This document shows, piece after piece, positions 28,642-36,256 of a DNA stretch of 60,360 bases (positions within the stretch are counted from its first letter, which is position 1; the number at the start of each line of letters is the position of its first letter). The stretch comes from Clostridia bacterium. Lineage in GTDB: Bacteria > Bacillota > Clostridia > UMGS1810. The stretch lies in NCBI GenBank assembly GCA_045576175.1, contig JAZNFW010000116.1:1-60360 (forward strand). Direction: 5' to 3'. A program made the translations under genes and the position numbers. The notes under the pieces were generated by a model. That model was not told the origin of the DNA and made no database searches. It saw only the letters and a program-made list of their open reading frames with translations.

Positions 28642-31218
28642 ATGAAAAGATTTTTATCTGTTCTTCTTGCAGCAGTAATGTTACTTTCTATGGTAACAGT
28701 ATCTTATGCAGACGAACCCATAACCGTTGAGTACTGGAACGCAAACACAAGTACAATCGTTCTTGAACTCTCAGACAGTGTAAGTACTGCAGAACTCGAG
28801 TATGCTATTACTCTCACAGGTCCCGATGGTGTTATCTCCGGTGCAAACTACGAGGTTAATGCTCACACAACACCTGCAGGTGCTCACTCAACAACTCAGA
28901 TTGCTGCAAGTGATCACGGCAACTATGCTATAAGAGCACTTACACCCAATAGCTACACATACACAATCGAGCTTACAGAAGGTGCATTCGAGTTTGATGA
29001 AGAATATCGTCTTGATATTGCTGCATCCTTACTTGGCGGAGCTTATGGCTTAAAGTTTACAGTTAACAAAATTGCTGTAGAAAACTTCGCTACAGAAGCT
29101 TGGACCAAGGACTCTAGCGGTACATCAGTTACTGTTGCAGACAATGCTTTAACAGTTGTAGATGCTTATGCGAGACTTAATCATTCAACTTCAATTTCTG
29201 CTCTCTTTGCAGACACAGGAGTTAAACCAAGCTCCTGGCGTAATAACGCAAATAACCCCGCGGCAGACCAGATTAACCTTGAAGTTAAGGTAAATGTTGC
29301 AGATACTTCTGCGGCTCACGCTGTAGGCTTTGGTATTGCTAACCATATAAATACATTTTCACTTGGTGACAATGCTTTAACAGGTTGGGCAGGTATTTCC
29401 TTCGGTGCTAATGCAAATGGCGAAAGAAGAACTGCTGCCTTCCTTGCAAAGGGCAGAGAGTCCGACCCCAATGCAGATTATGGTGACCTTGCAGCATCCA
29501 CAACCTACTTTGGTGCAGCAACAAATGTTAACGCCTCCAACATGATTTATGATACACCCGACTATGCAATTACAGAGGCAGCTAAGACTTCTCCCTTTAC
29601 ACAGGGTCAGTCAACAAAGCTTTCTATGTTCTATGATAAAGCAGAAGCTGAAGAGACAGGTAAGATAATTTTTGGTGCAGATGGCGAATTCTACAACTAC
29701 GACCAGGATATGTCTGGTATCACAACTATAAGAGCTAACCCCTACCTCTTAGTAGAGAATACAACTGCAACATTTACTGATTTAATTATGTCCTATGCGA
29801 CAGGTTCTGAAATCGTAGCCTTCGAATTTGACGGTCCCACATTCTGGAACGCAGCATCCGACACAATCACACTTGACTTTGATAATCCCTTCGTAGCTTC
29901 TGAGCTTCAGGACGGTCTCGTTCTTATCGATGAAGACGGTGATGAAGTAGAAGGCCTCACAGTTAAGAAACTTACAGATATTACCAGAACCGATTACATC
30001 ACAGGCAAGCACACCTACCAGGTTACCGTTCCCGGCGGATTTACAGATGATGCTGTGTACACACTTCTTCTCTCCGCAGGTACATACAACGATACTAATG
30101 GCGGCACTGGCGTACTTGTAAATGATTATGCAGTAACTTTCTCTGTAGATATCATCCTTGTTGAAGACTTCTACAATGATGGCGCTTATGCGTTAAATGC
30201 TTCTTCAAGCTATTCCAGTTCTTCAAGCTATGGTACCCCTTGGGGTATGCCCTTTACCTCCGGTAGAAAAGGTGTTATGACAATCAAGGCAGGCGCTGAA
30301 AGCAATCAGTATGCCGAAATTACAACAACAGGCAGAGCATGGTTTGCACCTGCTGCACAGTCTTCACAGTGTGCAACTTACTTTGCAAACACCGGCGTGG
30401 TTGGTTATTCATACAGATCTCAGGAACAATATAAGAACTTAACCGATTATACAACAGAAGTGGATGTTAAGGTTTCCTCTAGCGCTGGATATAGCATAAG
30501 ATTACAGCAGACCGATAAGTACAACACCACAGGAACTAACTACAACTACTTCACAGTTAAAAAGACTTCTGCCGGTGCAGTTTCCACACAAGTAGCTCTT
30601 ATGAATGGTTCTGCTACATACTTCAATAACCTTGAAACAGGTTCAGCTTCTTCTGCAGACTATAATGCTTTGGCGGCAGCTGCTCCCAATGCTAATGAAT
30701 ATGTAAGACTTTCAATGTCCATTAAGGGCGAAGATCACAAGTGGCAGATTGGTGATGTAGTACAGCACCAGACAACAACAACTGCTACACCTTCAAACTA
30801 TGGTATAATCGCCTTTGATGTTGACAATGGCTTCAGCGGTAACACCTGGTCTATCGACAATATCATTCAGTCCAAGGCTACAGAAATATCCGGTATGACA
30901 GTAAGCGACATCGTAATCAACAATGATGCTTCTATCGAAAGCCTTGCAGGTCTTGGTCTTATTAATGCAGCTGTTTCCGTTCAGAACTACGGTAGCGGCG
31001 AAAACTGCGTAGCACTCCTCGCTGTATACAACTCTGCAGATGAGTCTATGGTAGATGTTTACATCTCCAACACAACTGCTATAGCTGCAGCAGATACTAC
31101 AGAAGTTGCATTTACTAATGTAGATGTATCCGAAGGTGACAGTATCGCAGTTTATATCTGGGATGGTCTTAAGAACCTTGTACCTTTCACAACTGCAAAG
31201 GTATTTCCCAAGAACTAA
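28642..31218 (+). CDS. Secreted 858-aa protein of unknown function, internally duplicated (2 x [small beta module + LamG/ConA-like module]) plus a C-terminal beta-sandwich shared with the beta-helix proteins
   Basis: Signal peptide (LSVLLAAVMLLSMVTVSYA). Repeat pairs: VEYWNANTSTIVLELSDSVSTAEL / PTFWNAASDTITLDFDNPFVASEL; YTYTIELTEGAFEFDEEYRL / HTYQVTVPGGFTDDAVYTL; LKFTVNKIAVENF / VTFSVDIILVEDF. RBS GAAAGGTG. Confidence 0.7.
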   Translation: MKRFLSVLLAAVMLLSMVTVSYADEPITVEYWNANTSTIVLELSDSVSTAELEYAITLTGPDGVISGANYEVNAHTTPAGAHSTTQIAASDHGNYAIRALTPNSYTYTIELTEGAFEFDEEYRLDIAASLLGGAYGLKFTVNKIAVENFATEAWTKDSSGTSVTVADNALTVVDAYARLNHSTSISALFADTGVKPSSWRNNANNPAADQINLEVKVNVADTSAAHAVGFGIANHINTFSLGDNALTGWAGISFGANANGERRTAAFLAKGRESDPNADYGDLAASTTYFGAATNVNASNMIYDTPDYAITEAAKTSPFTQGQSTKLSMFYDKAEAEETGKIIFGADGEFYNYDQDMSGITTIRANPYLLVENTTATFTDLIMSYATGSEIVAFEFDGPTFWNAASDTITLDFDNPFVASELQDGLVLIDEDGDEVEGLTVKKLTDITRTDYITGKHTYQVTVPGGFTDDAVYTLLLSAGTYNDTNGGTGVLVNDYAVTFSVDIILVEDFYNDGAYALNASSSYSSSSSYGTPWGMPFTSGRKGVMTIKAGAESNQYAEITTTGRAWFAPAAQSSQCATYFANTGVVGYSYRSQEQYKNLTDYTTEVDVKVSSSAGYSIRLQQTDKYNTTGTNYNYFTVKKTSAGAVSTQVALMNGSATYFNNLETGSASSADYNALAAAAPNANEYVRLSMSIKGEDHKWQIGDVVQHQTTTTATPSNYGIIAFDVDNGFSGNTWSIDNIIQSKATEISGMTVSDIVINNDASIESLAGLGLINAAVSVQNYGSGENCVALLAVYNSADESMVDVYISNTTAIAAADTTEVAFTNVDVSEGDSIAVYIWDGLKNLVPFTTAKVFPKN

Positions 31219-31265
31219 TTAAATATTAAAGCATTACAGTCAAGTTTTGACTGCTAAATGGTGGG

Positions 31266-31292
31266 ATGGCGGCAGTTTACTGCCGCCATTTC
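31266..31292 (+). terminator. Terminator after the 858-aa gene
   Basis: ATGGCGGCAG-ttta-CTGCCGCCAT (10-bp stem) followed by TTCT. A second small hairpin, CAGTCAA-gtt-TTGACTG, lies just upstream. Confidence 0.6.
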
Positions 31293-31357
31293 TGCGATAT
31301 TAAGACATATTTGATTTTCAAAACAGATTATTTATCACGATAGGAGATTAGCATATT

Positions 31358-32206
31358 ATGAAAATTTTGATGATCGGAGCACATCAGGACGACAACGAAT
31401 TTCGTTGCGGCGGTCTTGCCCACAAATATGTAAAGATGGGCTACGAGGTTAAATTCTTAAGTATGTGCGACGGTGGCGGCGGTCACCACATTATGAATTT
31501 TGAAGAAACCGTTGCCTGCCGTGCAAAAGAATCCGCAGCAGTTGCCGAGCTTCTTGGAGTAACATACGATGTGTGGGATGTAAATGATTGCAACCTTGTT
31601 GCAGACCTCGCCACAAGAAAGCGTCTCATAAGATACATAAGAGAGTTTAATCCCGATATGATTATAGCTCACAGAACAAACGACTATCACGCAGACCACA
31701 GAGCATCTGCACAGCTCGTACAGGACGCATCCTATCTTCTCACAGTACCCAACGAGTGCCCCGACACTCCCGCTATGCGTTTTATGCCGGTTATTCTCTA
31801 CAATTTGGATGCATTCAAGTATCCTCCGTTCGAGCCTCACATCGTTCTCGATATGGACGACGAAATAGACACAAAACTCCAGATAGCACACCTAAATAAG
31901 TGCCAGGTATATGAATGGCTTCCTTACACAAAGGGCTGGACCGATATCCCCGAAGATGATGCTGAGCGTTTTGAATGGCTCAAGGGTATGACAATAACAC
32001 AGGATACAACAGACGAAGAAGTAATGGCAGCCAAAAGAGGCTATGCTGTTCGTTTTGCCAAGGTTGCAGCTCGTTTCCGTAAGGAGCTTATAGCAAAGTA
32101 CGGCGAGGAAAAGGGCAGCAAAATCCGCTATGCAGAAGCATTCCAGGTTTCTGAATACGGCGCTCCTCTTACAGATGAATTAAAGGCAAAGCTCTTCCCG
32201 TTTTAA
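31358..32206 (+). CDS. PIG-L/LmbE-family N-acetylglucosaminyl deacetylase
   Basis: MIGAHQDDNEFRCGG (AHxDDxE zinc motif) and HRTNDYHADHR. No signal peptide. Confidence 0.75.
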   Translation: MKILMIGAHQDDNEFRCGGLAHKYVKMGYEVKFLSMCDGGGGHHIMNFEETVACRAKESAAVAELLGVTYDVWDVNDCNLVADLATRKRLIRYIREFNPDMIIAHRTNDYHADHRASAQLVQDASYLLTVPNECPDTPAMRFMPVILYNLDAFKYPPFEPHIVLDMDDEIDTKLQIAHLNKCQVYEWLPYTKGWTDIPEDDAERFEWLKGMTITQDTTDEEVMAAKRGYAVRFAKVAARFRKELIAKYGEEKGSKIRYAEAFQVSEYGAPLTDELKAKLFPF

Positions 32207-32238
32207 TTAGAACTTTAATCAATATTGTTTAAATCAAG

Positions 32239-32310
32239 GTAGGGGCGGATGCCCACATCCGCCCGCTATATTCAATCTAACCGTAGGGCGCAGCCTTTAG
32301 GATGCACCGC
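32239..32310. repeat. Two GTAGGG(G)CG-type hairpin repeat units
   Basis: The first unit is gtagGGGCGGATgcccacATCCGCCCgc (perfect 8-bp stem, 32243-32264). The second is gtagggcgcagcctttaggatgcaccgc (32283-32310). A related unit lies at 34298-34324. Confidence 0.5.
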
Positions 32311-32395
32311 AAAAATCGCTGTGCACACATTTAAAACACAGCACGAATAGTGAAACACAGTATCGAAAAATCTGAACCTGAAAGGGAAATGTATT

Positions 32396-33574
32396 ATGGA
32401 TTTTACACCGCTTAAAAATTTTATGGACCACCTTACCGACTGGCGCATACCGGGCAACTCCGTGCGCGTATTTAAAGACTGCAAGGAGGTCTTTCGCTAT
32501 GAATCAGGCTATTCCAATTTGGAACAGAAAATTAAGATGAATGGAACCGAATTGTTTAATATATATTCCTGTTCAAAGGTTGCCACAGTTACTGCGGCAC
32601 TCCAGCTCTACGAACAGGGCAAATTCCTTTTGGACGATCCCCTCTATGAGTACATACCCGAATACAAGGATATGATGGTAAAGACCAAAGAGGGTGAACT
32701 CGTGCCCGCAAATAGCCACATCACCTTAAGACAGCTCTTTACAATGACAGCAGGCTTTACCTACAACCGCAAGACCCCCGCATATGACAAAGCACGCGAA
32801 TTAACAGGTGGCAAAATGAACACCGTTGAGGTAATCCGCTGTATTGCAGAAGACCCGCTTGCATTCCATCCGGGCGAAAAGTTTAACTACAGCATATGCC
32901 ACGATATTCTTGCGGCAGTAGTAGAAATAATTTCGGGAACAAGATTCAGTACATATGTAACACAGAACATATTCGAGCCTCTCGGTATGACACGCACCTG
33001 CTATCACCTGCCCGAAGAAAAGGAACACGAGATGGCAGAGCAGTATATTTATGTAAATACTACCGAAACCAACAGAGTTGCCCTTCAGAGCGGCAAATTC
33101 AGTTCGGAAGAAGGTCACATAGAAAACACAGGCAAAAAGGCATACCACAACAACGGCCCCGAGTTCGACAGTGGCGGTTCCGGTGTAGTAACCTGTGTCG
33201 ATGACTATGTAAAATTTGTAGCTGCTCTTGCAAACTACGGTATGGGCGTAAACGGCGAGAGAATACTCTCTCCCGGCACAGTAGACCTTATGCGTACCAA
33301 TCAGCTCACACCCGAACAGCGTAAAGCTCTTAAGTGGCCTCAGCTTACAGGCTATGGCTATGGACTTGGTGTCCGCACAATGACAGACAGAGCACTAAGC
33401 GGCTCCAACGGTTCCTACGGCGAGTTTGGATGGGGCGGTGCAGCAGGTGCAACAGTGCTTGCAGACCCCGAGCTTAACCTTGCTATGTTCTACACACATC
33501 ACATGCAAAATCCTCAGGAGACATATTATCAGCCAAGACTTAGAAATGTTCTTTACAACAGTATAGGTAGATAA
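32396..33574 (+). CDS. Beta-lactamase-fold serine hydrolase (class-C/esterase/D-aminoacyl-amidase-like), cytoplasmic
   Basis: S-x-x-K motif in IYSCSKVATVTAALQL. It is ~390 aa with no signal peptide. Confidence 0.7.
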   Translation: MDFTPLKNFMDHLTDWRIPGNSVRVFKDCKEVFRYESGYSNLEQKIKMNGTELFNIYSCSKVATVTAALQLYEQGKFLLDDPLYEYIPEYKDMMVKTKEGELVPANSHITLRQLFTMTAGFTYNRKTPAYDKARELTGGKMNTVEVIRCIAEDPLAFHPGEKFNYSICHDILAAVVEIISGTRFSTYVTQNIFEPLGMTRTCYHLPEEKEHEMAEQYIYVNTTETNRVALQSGKFSSEEGHIENTGKKAYHNNGPEFDSGGSGVVTCVDDYVKFVAALANYGMGVNGERILSPGTVDLMRTNQLTPEQRKALKWPQLTGYGYGLGVRTMTDRALSGSNGSYGEFGWGGAAGATVLADPELNLAMFYTHHMQNPQETYYQPRLRNVLYNSIGR

Positions 33575-33580
33575 CATAAA

Positions 33581-33614
33581 AACTCCTTCTTCTCATAGAG
33601 GAGAAGGAGTTTTT
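33581..33614 (+). terminator. Rho-independent terminator after the serine hydrolase gene
   Basis: AACTCCTTCTTCTC-ata-GAGGAGAAGGAGTT (one mismatch) followed by TTT. Confidence 0.75.
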
Positions 33615-33632
33615 GGCATATTCAAAACGAAA

Positions 33633-33687
33633 AAGCCTCCCTTGTGTAAAGGGAGGGGGACCGTCGAAGACGGTGGAGGGATTGTAG
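33633..33687 (+). repeat. Left copy of the 55-bp direct repeat flanking the DUF559 gene
   Basis: aagCCTCCCTTgtgtaaAGGGAGGgggACCGTCgaaGACGGTggagggattgtag contains two hairpins. Its 3' end supplies the GGAGG RBS for the GTG start at 33688. It differs from 34186-34240 at 2 positions. Confidence 0.85.
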
Positions 33688-34050
33688 GTGGATCGAAAGC
33701 ATAATAGAAAAATAGTTCCGTTTGCAAAAGAACTTAGAAAAAACATGACCAAAGAAGAAAGACATCTTTGGTATGATTTTCTAAGGTATTACCCCATAAG
33801 GTTCACAAGACAAAAAGTTTTGGGAAAATATATAGCAGATTTTTATTGTGCAAAAGCAAATATTGTTGTTGAATTAGACGGCTCACAACATTTTGAAGAT
33901 GCCGGACTTATAAACGATGAAATAAGAACCACTTATTTGCAAGAATATGGAATAAAGGTTATAAGAATATCAAATCTTGATGTACTTAAAAATTTTGAAA
34001 GTGTATGTCTGCATATTGATAATGAAATAAAATGTGCTATGAATAAATAA
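33688..34050 (+). CDS. DUF559 (Vsr-like endonuclease fold) protein
   Basis: KELRKNMTKEERHLWYDFLR...RFTRQKVLGKYIADFYCAKANIVVELDGSQH...IRTTYLQEYGIKVIRISN matches the DUF559 pattern. GTG start. Confidence 0.75.
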   Translation: MDRKHNRKIVPFAKELRKNMTKEERHLWYDFLRYYPIRFTRQKVLGKYIADFYCAKANIVVELDGSQHFEDAGLINDEIRTTYLQEYGIKVIRISNLDVLKNFESVCLHIDNEIKCAMNK

Positions 34051-34086
34051 TGATAATATACATGCGTTTATGTGCGCAAGAACCAA

Positions 34087-34162
34087 CCCCTCAGTCAACT
34101 TTGTTGACAGCTCCCCTTACACAGGGGAGCCTCAGGGGAGCCTCAGGGGAGCCTCAGGGGAG
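34087..34162 (+). repeat. Palindromes plus an 11-bp tandem repeat (caggggagcct x ~3.7)
   Basis: GTCAAC-ttt-GTTGAC (34094-34108) and CTCCCCT-tacac-AGGGGAG (34111-34129). Tandem units lie at 34122, 34133 and 34144, with a partial unit at 34155. The period is not a multiple of 3. Confidence 0.85.
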
Positions 34163-34185
34163 TTTTAGAGAACCTCGCAATTTTT

Positions 34186-34240
34186 AAGCCTCCCTTGTGT
34201 AAAGGGAGGGGGACGGTCGAAGACGGTGGAGGGATTGTAA
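34186..34240 (+). repeat. Right copy of the 55-bp direct repeat flanking the DUF559 gene
   Basis: aagcctcccttgtgtaaagggagggggacGgtcgaagacggtggagggattgtaA. The C-to-G change weakens the second hairpin, and no ORF follows it. Confidence 0.85.
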
Positions 34241-34362
34241 CCCTGTAGTCTCGCACTCTCTTGAAAATTGTGCAATAAAAATTCATTTAAATTTATTGTA
34301 GGGGCGCCTCCCAACATCCGCGCCAAATACAAACAAATTTAAAAACCCAAAGGAGAATTACC

Positions 34363-35292
34363 ATGACAAAACAAGAACTTTTAAAAAGAATAGGAAGCGT
34401 AGAACAGATAGGCGGTGTGCGTGATTTTACCTTCAATGACGGCAAGGCTAAGGGCGTTCGTGCCATAGAGGTAAACACAGGCAAAATCCGTTTTACCATA
34501 CTCCCCGACAGATGTATGGATATAGCACAGGCAGAATTTGAAGGTACATCATTTAGCTGGATTTCCAAGACAGGCATCACCTCGCCGTATTACTACGACA
34601 AGGACGGCACAAACTGGCTCCGCGGATTTTACGGCGGTCTTATTACCACATGCGGTCTTAAAAACGTGGGCGGACCCCACGGCGACCAGGGTCTCCACGG
34701 CAGAGTCGCAAACATCCCTGCTTCCAAGGTGAGCGTGTTTGCAGACTGGGTGGGCGACGAATATGTAATGAAAATATCGGGCGAAATGCGTGAGTGCGTG
34801 GTGTTTGGCTTAAACCTTGTGTTTAAGCGTACCATAACCACCAAGCTCTTTTCTTCAAGCTTTGAGGTAGAAGACACCATCGTAAACGAAGGCTTTGCCG
34901 AAGAAGGCGTGGCACTTTGCTACCACTGCAACTTTGGTTATCCTCTTGTTACAGAGGGCGCCAAAATGATAAACCTCCCTGCCGATGTTGCAGATATATC
35001 TGCTCCCATACACGGCAAAGAAGAAGAGTGCATACATGTTCATTTTGATACCGATATTCAGACAGTAGGTATAGAAAATGACGAAATGGTTGCATACATC
35101 ACATACCACAGAGACACCCTTCCGGGCTTTTTAATCTGGAAGATGATGGGCGAGAGTGAGTATGTGGTAGGTCTTGAGCCTCGTACAATAAATGGTCCTG
35201 CCGGCAAAAATGAAAACGACAATTGGCTTGTAAAACTCGCTCCCATGCAGGAGTACACAACAAAACTCAAATTCGAGATAAAGAGGAAATAA
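34363..35292 (+). CDS. Aldose-1-epimerase-like protein (DUF4432 family)
   Basis: 309 aa. N-terminus MTKQELLKRIGSVEQIGGVRDFTFNDGKAKGVRAIEVNTGKIRFTILPDRCMDI and the GLHGR motif fit the DUF4432/mutarotase-like family as I remember it. RBS AAAGGAGAA. Confidence 0.55.
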   Translation: MTKQELLKRIGSVEQIGGVRDFTFNDGKAKGVRAIEVNTGKIRFTILPDRCMDIAQAEFEGTSFSWISKTGITSPYYYDKDGTNWLRGFYGGLITTCGLKNVGGPHGDQGLHGRVANIPASKVSVFADWVGDEYVMKISGEMRECVVFGLNLVFKRTITTKLFSSSFEVEDTIVNEGFAEEGVALCYHCNFGYPLVTEGAKMINLPADVADISAPIHGKEEECIHVHFDTDIQTVGIENDEMVAYITYHRDTLPGFLIWKMMGESEYVVGLEPRTINGPAGKNENDNWLVKLAPMQEYTTKLKFEIKRK

Positions 35293-35293
35293 T

Positions 35294-36253
35294 ATGAAAC
35301 CATATTATTTGGATTTACAGAAGAATACGGCAGATAAGCTCCAAAAATACGACAATAGCTTTTCTTTTGCGGTTGTTGCCGATTCGCATCTGGACAACTC
35401 TGTGCCCGACACCTGCGATAATATAAAAAGTGTTTCTTCGAAGTCCAATTTATCCTGCGTTTTGCATATGGGCGATATAATGTGCGGTGGTTTCCCGCGC
35501 GCAGTTGCAAACGAAATTATGCGTGACGAGATAAAAACTTTTGTAGATGCATCGCCAAATGGTGAGTTTTTTGTAACGCGAGGCAATCACGATGGCTTTG
35601 GTGACCCTGTAAAATCGAGAGCAGATGTGCTTGTAGACGGCGACTGGAACAAGGCAATAGAATATGTAGACAGCTTTTCCAATGTATCGAGAGATGCCGA
35701 TGCGTCATATTACTATGTGGACTACGCGGATTATAAAACGAGGCTCATCTGCCTTAATTCGTACTCTGTAAGAAGAGATCCCGATGACGAGGACAGAGGG
35801 AACATAGCCGGCTACAACGGCAAACAGCTTGAGTGGTTTGCTACCTGCGCTCTTGATGTGCCAAAGGATTTTACGGTACTTGTTTTTTCGCACGATTTAC
35901 CGTTTAAAAACTTTCCCGATGCTATATCCGAAAACAGCATAGTGGGTGGAAACGCTATGATTGAGGCTCTGCTCGATGCAAAGGCAAAGAACGGTTTTGA
36001 TTTTGCAGGTTGGCTCGTAGGCCATTTTCACGGGGACTTTGAGCACTATCTTGACTCAATTCCCTTTGTGTGCTTTGTGTCGCAAACAGCATATGTTCCT
36101 ACACTTTTCGAAAAGACAAAGGCGGTATATCCCGCAAGACACCTTGGCACTTTGACCGAGGACGCGTGGGATGCAGTTGTTGTAGACAAAGAGGATAGAA
36201 AACTGCGTCTTTTCCGTTTTGGAGCGGGAAAAGACAGAGAAGTATCGTATTAG
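35294..36253 (+). CDS. Calcineurin-like metallophosphoesterase, cytoplasmic (motifs intact)
   Basis: AVVADSH (D-x-H), HMGDIMCGG (GD), TRGNHDG (GNHD), FSHDLP and VGHFHGD. It starts 2 nt after the upstream stop. Confidence 0.75.
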   Translation: MKPYYLDLQKNTADKLQKYDNSFSFAVVADSHLDNSVPDTCDNIKSVSSKSNLSCVLHMGDIMCGGFPRAVANEIMRDEIKTFVDASPNGEFFVTRGNHDGFGDPVKSRADVLVDGDWNKAIEYVDSFSNVSRDADASYYYVDYADYKTRLICLNSYSVRRDPDDEDRGNIAGYNGKQLEWFATCALDVPKDFTVLVFSHDLPFKNFPDAISENSIVGGNAMIEALLDAKAKNGFDFAGWLVGHFHGDFEHYLDSIPFVCFVSQTAYVPTLFEKTKAVYPARHLGTLTEDAWDAVVVDKEDRKLRLFRFGAGKDREVSY

Positions 36254-36256
36254 AAG

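Noticed and set aside
34122-34162. Possible CRISPR array
   Set aside because: It is an 11-bp head-to-tail tandem repeat with no spacers. No cas genes are present anywhere in the window.
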